Below are positions 56,198 to 64,000 of a stretch of DNA of 64,000 nucleotides, piece by piece (positions within the stretch are counted from its first letter, which is position 1; every line of letters starts with the position of its first letter). The stretch lies in IMG/VR virus record IMGVR_UViG_3300007965_000002, positions 25,862-89,861 of that record; one strand, 5' to 3'. Origin of the DNA: a virus (taxonomy: Duplodnaviria > Caudoviricetes). The notes below the pieces were generated by a model that had not been told where the DNA came from, did not search any database, and saw only the letters and a list, made by a program, of their open reading frames with translations. A program made the position numbers and the translations under genes.

Positions 56198-56623
56198 TTA
56201 TTCAGAATCTGATTGAATTGTTAATAACACGCTAGTAACGTAATCTGCGGCTTTACCTGTTAACTTTTCAATAACTTCCATATCTACTGCATCTTCACCA
56301 GCCATTGCTTGAATAGCGGCAACTAAGTCTGCATGTGATTCGGCTTTACCACGACGTTTGCCTGCTACAGCACCATCTTTAGGTGTAGCTTTGGCTTTAG
56401 CTGCTGCTTTAGAGATATAGACGGATGTACCATCTGGATTTTTAGCACGTTGTAAGATTGTGCGAAGTGAGTTTAAAGTACAACCTAACTCTTGGGCTAA
56501 GCCTTCCGCAACTTCTTGTGTGTGGCTAGGACGATCGTTTTCCGCTACTTCTTCAATACGGTTCTTGTATTCTTCAACAGCAACAGCACGTAACTCGTCA
56601 GTCCATTTGAATGGTGTAGTCAT
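56198..56623 (-). CDS. D3: D3 DNA-binding protein
   Basis: MTTPFKWTDEL, RRGKAESHADL; promoter TTTACT-17-TATAAT at 56689-56661. Confidence 0.88.
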   Translation of the reverse strand: MTTPFKWTDELRAVAVEEYKNRIEEVAENDRPSHTQEVAEGLAQELGCTLNSLRTILQRAKNPDGTSVYISKAAAKAKATPKDGAVAGKRRGKAESHADLVAAIQAMAGEDAVDMEVIEKLTGKAADYVTSVLLTIQSDSE

Positions 56624-56697
56624 ATTTGTATTTCCTTTGTAGTCAATTGATTAAGTAATTATTATACGTTTTTATAAGTAATGAGTAAAGTAGATTT

Positions 56698-56997
56698 TTA
56701 ATCTTTATCGTAGGACTCTATCAACTCTAGAATCTCTAAATACCTACCAGTTGCTACTAAGGTATCTACCCTAGTATATAAATCTTGTAACTCCCTGGTA
56801 GAGATTCTCAGTGCTAGCTCTAACATAGTCTGTACTATATAGATTTTATACGTAAGCATTCTGCCTTGATTACTATCGTCAGCAAAAGGCATATCTACCT
56901 TAACACTATTTTCCCTAAAAGGATTAGGTTCATCCATTATCCCCATTATAAATCCCACTCTAGTAATGCCCTTTCCATTAATTGTGTGGCATTCCAA
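56698..56997 (-). CDS. Hypothetical protein (start uncertain)
   Basis: ORF in the operon. Confidence 0.5.
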   Translation of the reverse strand: MECHTINGKGITRVGFIMGIMDEPNPFRENSVKVDMPFADDSNQGRMLTYKIYIVQTMLELALRISTRELQDLYTRVDTLVATGRYLEILELIESYDKD

Positions 56998-57152
56998 AAT
57001 ATAGCGGTGTCTTCACGTACTAGGTTAGTATAAGTCATTAATACTTCTGCACCTAAACCTTCTTCCTTAGCATATTGTAGCATATCTAGAGCTACGGATG
57101 CATACTCAGCTTTTTGCAAACTGGTATCTTCTACTATTGATATACCTGACAT
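56946..57152 (-). CDS. Hypothetical protein
   Basis: 68-aa ORF coupled to D2. Confidence 0.6.
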   Translation of the reverse strand: MSGISIVEDTSLQKAEYASVALDMLQYAKEEGLGAEVLMTYTNLVREDTAIFWNATQLMERALLEWDL

Positions 57153-57871
57153 TATTTATCCCCTTTAACTTTTGCAGACATACGAGCCTGCTTTAATGCT
57201 TCACTTAAACAAATATCTCTATCTTCTTTACTCATAATACTTCCTAGCTTAGTTACATCTAGGCCAAGAGCTTGTAAGTGACGTAAGCTACCTAACTCAT
57301 ACCATGCGTAGTAAACATAACGATGTTTATCACGGTCTAGTAAGTAGATGCGATATGTAGTTTCAGCTTGGTCTGGTACAATGGCATCAATCTCACCTAA
57401 GCAGTTATAACCAGCTACCCAAACATGTTCTTTAAGAGCGAAGTGTTCTTCTACGCATTCGTCTGGAATCATTGGTGGGTTCATTGGGTTAACTGTTTTA
57501 CGTGATTTAAGCATTGCTCCATGTTGTTCTAGCTTTAACTTAATTAAAGGCATTGGTCGGAATGTGCGTTTTGAAATTTCTTCCATAGACTCACCATCGA
57601 AATAACGCTCAATAATATCAATCATTTCTGCATCAGACACAGGAGTACCTCGCTTAGATTTACGTAAGCGTAGTTCATTCTCCTTTTCTTTAGTATACGT
57701 TTCAATTAGTGTAGTAAGACGAGTTGTATTATAAGCAATGTTTAATATTTCACAAGCAGCTTTCTTAGTGGCACCATTCTCTAGTGCAGAAATAGCTGCT
57801 TTATATTGTTCGTCTGAAATATCTGCTTTGATTCTTGGTGCCATGTGTTCGCTCCTTAAAAGGTGTTTCAA
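57152..57871 (-). CDS. D2: D2 protein (likely start MAPRIK at 57844)
   Basis: LENGATKKAACEIL, YVYYAWYELGSLRHL; promoter at 57912-57884. Confidence 0.88.
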   Translation of the reverse strand: MKHLLRSEHMAPRIKADISDEQYKAAISALENGATKKAACEILNIAYNTTRLTTLIETYTKEKENELRLRKSKRGTPVSDAEMIDIIERYFDGESMEEISKRTFRPMPLIKLKLEQHGAMLKSRKTVNPMNPPMIPDECVEEHFALKEHVWVAGYNCLGEIDAIVPDQAETTYRIYLLDRDKHRYVYYAWYELGSLRHLQALGLDVTKLGSIMSKEDRDICLSEALKQARMSAKVKGDK

Positions 57872-57920
57872 TTCAATAAAGCTATTATACGCTTTATATA
57901 TCGTTTAGTAAAGAATAATT

Positions 57921-58163
57921 TTACTTTACTGGGTTAAATGTATTCAGTGCGCCTGTACGAATATACACTATTCTAGTGGAGATTAGAGCTTTGCTCCATA
58001 GGGAATAAGTCTCACGCTCTACTCTAAACCAAAAGGTTCCGTCATGCTTGATATACTCCGTATCCCCAAATAAAGGATTAGTGTACTTAGGAGACTTCTT
58101 CCAAATACTTTCGTTTATAGTACGACTTCTCATTCTGATTTCCATCCAATAACATTTTCCCAC
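57921..58163 (-). CDS. Hypothetical protein (start probably 58139)
   Basis: ORF in the operon. Confidence 0.5.
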   Translation of the reverse strand: MGKCYWMEIRMRSRTINESIWKKSPKYTNPLFGDTEYIKHDGTFWFRVERETYSLWSKALISTRIVYIRTGALNTFNPVK

Positions 58164-58384
58164 TTACAGCTCTTAAAGTGTAATGCGTCCATATCCCAGA
58201 AGATAACGTTTTCTGGGGGTATAGGTCTAGCCATTTCAGGGTTCTTAGTAGCTTTTGGCTTTGGTAAGTAATCTACACTCATTGAAGCATAAATAGTACG
58301 TGCTTCACCATTTGTTTTAATGAAGTTTAACTCTACAATACCTTTGGTTAAATCTTCGCGTAGTTTTTCAATTGTTGATTCCAT
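58130..58384 (-). CDS. SH3/WYL-like small phage protein
   Basis: GIVELNFIKTNGEARTI...FWDMD...FKSCKW pattern. Confidence 0.65.
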   Translation of the reverse strand: MESTIEKLREDLTKGIVELNFIKTNGEARTIYASMSVDYLPKPKATKNPEMARPIPPENVIFWDMDALHFKSCKWENVIGWKSE

Positions 58385-58393
58385 AATAAACTC

Positions 58394-58606
58394 CTATCTG
58401 TTATATTCTACGGTTGGTGGTGGAGTGCGTCCATGTAACGATCTTTGTATAGTTTTACACATAATAACACTAAAGATAATCTCACGTGTACTCTCTTTAT
58501 AGGTAGCTGTGTGTTGCCCAATAGGAGCATACCCTTCTTCTACCTTTGTACGGAGTTTACCCTCAAATGCTGTTTTTGTGCCTTCTATTAAAATATAGTC
58601 TAACAT
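58394..58606 (-). CDS. Hypothetical small protein
   Basis: 70 aa, EEGYAPIG. Confidence 0.6.
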   Translation of the reverse strand: MLDYILIEGTKTAFEGKLRTKVEEGYAPIGQHTATYKESTREIIFSVIMCKTIQRSLHGRTPPPTVEYNR

Positions 58607-58615
58607 AATGTGTTC

Positions 58616-59197
58616 CTAGTAATTTGCGGAGTACTGTATCCCGTACCAAGTATTAACTTCTACGGGACTGTTAAGTTTAACTAGACAGCCTAAGTAATCT
58701 TTAGCTGCTAAGGATACATAGCTTCCATCCGATAGGTTGGTAGTACCATGAAATCTGAATTTCTCTGAAAATCTATCAAAGTCAATGTTTGGTATAAAGT
58801 CGTCATATACAGGAGGGTAATCTGTAGTGTAGAATCCACGCTCTAGATGAACTGCGGGACGAAACCCATGGTCTAGTGTATACTCTACTTTACCATTCAC
58901 TGTTCTAGCAGTCCAAGAATCAGATACCTTTTCATCCCAGTAGTAGGTTTCTGGACGCATACCACTACAAGATAGTCCATTACCACAAGGGTAAGTATAT
59001 GGTTCTAGCGTAGTCTCGGAGAACTCTGCTTGTACATACTTCTCTGTAATCGCTATGCATTCAGATACTTTGGATACATGACTGTCAAGACCATAATATG
59101 TAAAAATAGCAGTAGCAAGGGTAACACCTGTTACAATAACTGGTGTTTTCACTGAGCTTTCGATATTTTGCCAGCTCGTTATGATTTTATTCAGCAT
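58616..59197 (-). CDS. Membrane-anchored hypothetical protein
   Basis: N-terminal TM helix, Cys-containing domain; promoter TTTACT-17-TATAAT at 59256-59228. Confidence 0.7.
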   Translation of the reverse strand: MLNKIITSWQNIESSVKTPVIVTGVTLATAIFTYYGLDSHVSKVSECIAITEKYVQAEFSETTLEPYTYPCGNGLSCSGMRPETYYWDEKVSDSWTARTVNGKVEYTLDHGFRPAVHLERGFYTTDYPPVYDDFIPNIDFDRFSEKFRFHGTTNLSDGSYVSLAAKDYLGCLVKLNSPVEVNTWYGIQYSANY

Positions 59198-59494
59198 GTT
59201 TGCCTCTGTTTATTAATTTATAAAACTATTATACGTTATATTCATCGGATAGTAAAGAACAATTATCATCTTGGGGCTCCGAGACGGTAATTAGCGCACC
59301 GCGCTCAGCTGAGTTGCTCATTTACTGAAGAACTTTACGTCAATAATATTACTGATATTGTCTATATTAAATACGTTGCTTTCATGGGAATAGATGCTTC
59401 TTGCGAGTAATCTTTTTCTTTTATATATGGGAAAAATTTTCTCCCAGCGAAAAAGGCTCATACGTTTATTCACTCCGGCCACTGGAAAGAAATC

Positions 59495-60337
59495 CTATAA
59501 TTTCCAATCTAATACTTCCTCAATGTCTTTTATAGCAGCAAGCTCCGCTAAATCTTCGGGAGTTAAACAAAAGCAAGGTATATCTCTTTCATCTGTCCCC
59601 ATAAGATGTGGATACCTACGTTTTTTAAAACGCTTCTCCATACAGTACTTAATCACCTCAGCGTACTTCGTATGCCAAGACTTTCTTTCAGAATGCTCCC
59701 ACCCCTCCCAAGTTTTATGCCCAATTTCAAAGTTAGGTATCTCGTCATATAATACTGCCATAGCAGTAGCACTAGTATACTCACAACCTAGAGCATATAA
59801 TTGTGCTAGTACTGGGTCGGAACCTTTAAACCATTTTAAGTCTAGGGTAACAAATGAATATAACTCTCTATTAGCTTGCTTTACTATATAGAAAATCTCA
59901 CGGTTAATCCTATCCATGTCTATCCATAAAACTCCTCGGTAAGGCGCGTGAATACCTTTTATGGTAACATGCTCAGGGAACTTATCTCTCAAGTTTATAG
60001 GTACAATTCCGGTAGAAGTATCTTCACGTTTTAGTTTACCAGCACAAGCTTGACAAGGAGTCTTACCTGCTAGTACTACTTCTGGTATCAGCTCCATCTT
60101 AGTATCACAAACAACGCATTCACACAATACTCTAGTCTTATTATTTGTAAAGGTACCAAGTACATTATAGTTATCTTTAACTCTATACTGGAACACTTCT
60201 GTTTTCTGTTCGGGGGTCAGGCTACGTTTCATATTACCATTAGCAGTAACGTAATCCTTAAACTTAACTTTCCAGTCTACTACACTAGTTAGTTTACTCT
60301 TATTATTTTGCGCGCGTAACTTTTCCAAGCAATTCAT
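59495..60337 (-). CDS. Zn-ribbon protein, possible free-standing homing-endonuclease relative
   Basis: CECVVC...PEVVLAGKTPCQAC. Confidence 0.55.
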   Translation of the reverse strand: MNCLEKLRAQNNKSKLTSVVDWKVKFKDYVTANGNMKRSLTPEQKTEVFQYRVKDNYNVLGTFTNNKTRVLCECVVCDTKMELIPEVVLAGKTPCQACAGKLKREDTSTGIVPINLRDKFPEHVTIKGIHAPYRGVLWIDMDRINREIFYIVKQANRELYSFVTLDLKWFKGSDPVLAQLYALGCEYTSATAMAVLYDEIPNFEIGHKTWEGWEHSERKSWHTKYAEVIKYCMEKRFKKRRYPHLMGTDERDIPCFCLTPEDLAELAAIKDIEEVLDWKL

Positions 60338-60635
60338 GGTATTTTTCCTTTATAATTAGTTCTGGGTATATGCCGTTCTCTTTATTCATATCTAGCAACT
60401 GTGGTGAATTAATCCAATCAGCAGGCACAACACGACATATATTATCATAGTCAACATCTTTACGTTTAGTACCAAAGTTATTCCCTAACTCTCTTAACTC
60501 CTCGTCAGGGATAACTCTTTCTAGTTTTCTAACATAGGCTTCGTATTCTTCTCTACCAGTAATCTTCTTACCAGTATTTTTCTTACGAAACCTTTCATTA
60601 TCTGGTACACGAGTAGTACCCCACTTCTTCTCCAT
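60303..60635 (-). CDS. Hypothetical protein downstream of obp
   Basis: 110-aa ORF coupled to obp. Confidence 0.65.
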   Translation of the reverse strand: MEKKWGTTRVPDNERFRKKNTGKKITGREEYEAYVRKLERVIPDEELRELGNNFGTKRKDVDYDNICRVVPADWINSPQLLDMNKENGIYPELIIKEKYHELLGKVTRAK

Positions 60636-63421
60636 TATACTAGCTCCAGCACTGATTGCATCTTCAGTGCACTTTCTTCTTCGGTTAAAAACTCTGTAGG
60701 AATGTCAATATTATTATCAATACAAAATATTCTATACCAGTTAATAATATTTGTAAACTCACTTGGTTCGATGATACCAGCTTTCTTCAAGTATATTTTA
60801 AAGAACCTAGCATTAGCATTGCAACCAGTATCTAGATAAAAATCTCTTTTATGATTTTTTAACGAATCAATAAAGGGTTGAAATCCATTAGTACACAGTT
60901 TAATATGTTTCCAAAAATTCTTATACAACTTATGAAAGAACTCTGCTGCTTTATCTGGTTTTTCTTCTAGGTATCGATTAATAACTATTTCATCTACATC
61001 AGTAGTACTATCTAGTTGGTAGTACCTAATAATAGCTAGCTTAACTTGGTACGCATCATTATGTCTAGGTGGACTATAAGTTAAAGTTGACTCAAGAACC
61101 GCGTTAATACGTTGTTCCTTGTAGGATAACTCCGCGTCTTTAGTATCCCCTAAGTCGCCCCAGGATTCTTCGATAATCTTAATCTTACAACCCTGCTCCA
61201 TTAGATAGTACCTAAATGTATTTTGGAAGTGCATACTTTCAATCTCTCTACGCTTAGCATAAAGGTGTTGAGCTTTATCAATCCAATCCTCGTCAATATT
61301 ATACTGGTCAGAACCTGCTTGGAATCCTCTAGTACCTGGGTCGGTATAGTAGAAGATACTCTGGGCACCCCTGTCTCGACGTAGAGCTTGGAATCTAAGG
61401 TTAGGGGTATGATTATTACTTAGTGTCAAAACGAACACGTTATCAAAATACCTAAAGTCTACACCACTAGTTACTGACGGACTACAAAGTAGCCCATCAA
61501 TTTTCTGATGCTTTAACTCTTCGTTGGTATAGTCTAAGATTCTACGAATATCTTCATCCTCTGTAGAAGATGAATGAACCTCTTTAATAACTGCACCAGT
61601 CTGTTGCCGTAAAACCATAGCTTTCTCATTTAAATCATCTGGGCTACAGTCAGATACTAAGATACACTTTTCTCCCAACTCTAGGCAGGACTTAAAAGCC
61701 GACCAAATAGATTTTTCATCGCAAAACTCATAAGCATCACTTTCAGCTAGCATTTTACGTCTATGGTCGATTGCTGTAATAGGTTTATTATAGTCAATTA
61801 AAGAACCATATGCACTAATAGTTTCCTCACTAATATCACCATCACTAAGGATAATATAGTCTGCCTTACTCATAATTTCATGTAAGGTATCAATACACTC
61901 TTTACGTTTCTTTAGAATAGGACTAAATAATAAGTCATTCATTACAGCATCACATTCATCAATAAACAAGAAGTTAATCTTATCTGCTGTTGGGGCAAAC
62001 TTCTGTAAACTATGGATAGTAGTACTCATACGCGTTTGTGTACCTGACATAAAGTCAAGCATATCCATAGTCTTACTATACTGTCCAGCACCGAATTTCT
62101 CCGCGTTAGAGGATACTAGAGATCTAGTGTTAGTAATCGCCAAGAAGTTACCTTTAACCATACCAGTCTTTAACCAGTTAACTACAGCAGTAGTCTTACC
62201 AGTACCTAGACTAGCTTTTACAAAAGTAACTGAACCTTTAGGTGGCAATGTACGCATCTTTAAGAACACTTCATCTTCCTCAGATGTGGTATCTAGATAG
62301 GTTACACGCACACCATCAATCATGCTAGGAATTAGACGTCTAGCTTCGCCTAAGAAAGCGCGTAGTGCCTCAGCTCTACCATTATCTAGGTAATCCTGCA
62401 CACTTCTATCCCTACGATCAGCATAATAGATATACTGTTCTATAATTGGTGTTATTTGCTTCTCTAACCATTTAATATTCACACCATTCTGCCAAGCTTT
62501 ATGATACAGCTTAGGCATAATACGTAAGAATACACCATCCTCAGCATTAATTAATTCATCGATAGTTCCCTGCACTTCTTTTGGAAAAGAACGTTTACCA
62601 TCAATCATATCAAACAATATAAAGTCATCCTTTACAACATCAGCTTTACGAGAAACGAACTCAGGTAAGTGATTAGGGAAGATAGCTGTATCACCCTCTC
62701 TATACACAATTCTAGAACGACCTTTAAATGGGTCTACAATACCATCATTAAAGATAGGATCTGCAAAGAAGTGTGGTTGAGTAGCTGAATAATAGTTTAA
62801 ATCGGCAATCTCAAATTGAAACATTGTTTTAGCCTTAATATTTACCTCACTAAAGAAATACTTCAACTGACTCTGTGTAACTGGGATATTAGCTTCAAAA
62901 AGCATGTGCATACGCACACCTTTCTTTAGCCCAGCACTACTAGAGGCATGTGCAATAAAGCCCATGTCCTCACTGAATACATCTGGACTTATTTGTACAA
63001 AACAATCTATGATATACTCTGCCCATTTCTCAATATTTAAATTATCCATAGCTAGACTAGCGGGTAGCGGAACACTATCCACGTCCAACGCCACAATCTT
63101 ACTAGGTACGGCAGAGTTAAAATTCTTTCTATTACGCTTGAAAGGTTCAATCGTAACTGTCTTTTGCGCTCTAATAGCAACTAAACTAGGGTTAGCAGCT
63201 AACTTATTAATTAAGGTGAACGCCTCTTCTAAATTATCTGGATTAGCTTCCTCAACCAGATTAAATTTGCTAGGTAGCATTGCAGGGGCAGCACTGTGCT
63301 TATTATCGTTGTTTAAACGAAACACTTTGGCAAAAACCCAATCATTAGCACCGATAAAATCCCAGTTGCCCATAACTTGATTAAAGTGATACCCCTCATG
63401 CCCTTTCAATATGCTAAACAT
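60635..63421 (-). CDS. obp: Replication origin-binding protein (UL9-like helicase)
   Basis: 928 aa; KASLGTGKT, FIDECD, SPSVTSGVD, QALRRDR. Confidence 0.92.
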   Translation of the reverse strand: MFSILKGHEGYHFNQVMGNWDFIGANDWVFAKVFRLNNDNKHSAAPAMLPSKFNLVEEANPDNLEEAFTLINKLAANPSLVAIRAQKTVTIEPFKRNRKNFNSAVPSKIVALDVDSVPLPASLAMDNLNIEKWAEYIIDCFVQISPDVFSEDMGFIAHASSSAGLKKGVRMHMLFEANIPVTQSQLKYFFSEVNIKAKTMFQFEIADLNYYSATQPHFFADPIFNDGIVDPFKGRSRIVYREGDTAIFPNHLPEFVSRKADVVKDDFILFDMIDGKRSFPKEVQGTIDELINAEDGVFLRIMPKLYHKAWQNGVNIKWLEKQITPIIEQYIYYADRRDRSVQDYLDNGRAEALRAFLGEARRLIPSMIDGVRVTYLDTTSEEDEVFLKMRTLPPKGSVTFVKASLGTGKTTAVVNWLKTGMVKGNFLAITNTRSLVSSNAEKFGAGQYSKTMDMLDFMSGTQTRMSTTIHSLQKFAPTADKINFLFIDECDAVMNDLLFSPILKKRKECIDTLHEIMSKADYIILSDGDISEETISAYGSLIDYNKPITAIDHRRKMLAESDAYEFCDEKSIWSAFKSCLELGEKCILVSDCSPDDLNEKAMVLRQQTGAVIKEVHSSSTEDEDIRRILDYTNEELKHQKIDGLLCSPSVTSGVDFRYFDNVFVLTLSNNHTPNLRFQALRRDRGAQSIFYYTDPGTRGFQAGSDQYNIDEDWIDKAQHLYAKRREIESMHFQNTFRYYLMEQGCKIKIIEESWGDLGDTKDAELSYKEQRINAVLESTLTYSPPRHNDAYQVKLAIIRYYQLDSTTDVDEIVINRYLEEKPDKAAEFFHKLYKNFWKHIKLCTNGFQPFIDSLKNHKRDFYLDTGCNANARFFKIYLKKAGIIEPSEFTNIINWYRIFCIDNNIDIPTEFLTEEESALKMQSVLELV

Positions 63422-63777
63422 TTATTTCTCCTACTTAGGCAATTTCCTATGAGAAGTATACTATAATTTGCGACAGTATGTAAAGAAGATTTGTAATTTT
63501 CGTGTATTAAAATATTTTGAAATCCAAAAGATATTTTATAATGTTTTACGCAGACTGTCAAGAATAATCCAGTAGACACTCGTTATTAATTATAAATGAA
63601 AACGCGAGTTGTACCCTATAAATTTTCCTCGTTCGAGAATATATTTTCTCAGGTACACATTCATACACGTAACTTCTGAGATTTAATATTCGATTTTGGG
63701 GTACGGCGCCGCACCAAGATTTAATTGTGGAGTAACGCTCTTTAAAGATCTTTTTAGTAAGTAAATTAAAAATGTAC

Positions 63778-63806
63778 TTGCAACCCACCTCAATTTGGCG
63801 TATTAT
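63778..63806 (+). promoter_or_regulatory. Divergent early promoter
   Basis: TTGCAA-17-TATTAT. Confidence 0.65.
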
Positions 63807-63872
63807 AGTAAGTGAATTAAAACACAAGCCACGAGTAATTTACTCCTATGGCGAGCCTATAAGGGGATATAC

Positions 63873-64000
63873 ATGTCTAATAACACATCTATGACTAGAA
63901 AACAAAAACGTTGCGAAAGAAAAGAACGTAGAGAACTTCGTAGAAGCAGCTCTAAGAAAGATTCTAACGTAGTTAATGTTGACTTTTCACAGGAGAAGAA
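63873..64000 (+). CDS. 5' end of a gene truncated by the window edge (basic N-terminus; PhoH-like is possible by T5 synteny)
   Basis: AAGGGG RBS; MSNNTSMTRKQKRCERKERRELRR..., open to the window end. Confidence 0.55.
   Translation, partial: MSNNTSMTRKQKRCERKERRELRRSSSKKDSNVVNVDFSQEK

Noticed and set aside
59294-59304. GCGCGGTG T5-type nick motif
   Set aside because: Single copy, on the strand opposite the other candidates, and within chance expectation
63558-63827. 89-aa minus-strand ORF in the divergent promoter region
   Set aside because: No RBS, and it overlaps the divergent promoter at 63778-63806
1-64000. tRNA or rRNA genes
   Set aside because: None recognised; the T5-type tRNA cluster would lie outside this window

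Overview
This is a 64-kb segment of a T5-like (Demerecviridae-type) lytic siphophage genome, reverse-complemented relative to the usual T5 map. It runs in this order. (1) 1-~6.4 kb: the pre-early / first-step-transfer (FST, terminal-repeat) region, with a non-coding injection-stop-like block followed by A2, A1 and dmp. (2) 6.7-36.5 kb, + strand: packaging, head and tail genes. (3) 36.5-63.4 kb, - strand: dUTPase, D15-D10, DNA polymerase, primase, helicase, D5, split NAD ligase, D3, D2 and origin-binding protein. Orthology calls come from recognised motifs, sizes and synteny with T5, not from a database search. The most striking signal is non-coding. The first-injected DNA is packed with recognition sites for host proteins: 10 perfect DnaA boxes, two clusters of Fur boxes, six sigma54-type -24/-12 motifs, two Chi octamers, an rrn-like boxA and two perfect 16-bp chromosomal parS palindromes. 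It also has no GATC in my manual scan. Other notable items: a group IA2 intron splitting the Walker A motif of helicase D10; duplicated pb10-type capsid anchors, one fused to an Asp-box propeller; a candidate +1 (UUU_CGC) tail-chaperone frameshift; a 16-21 bp DNA motif repeated inside unrelated genes in different reading frames; and a tandem, apparently inactive prohead-protease-fold protein in the replication module. All motif counts are from reading by eye and need computational confirmation.
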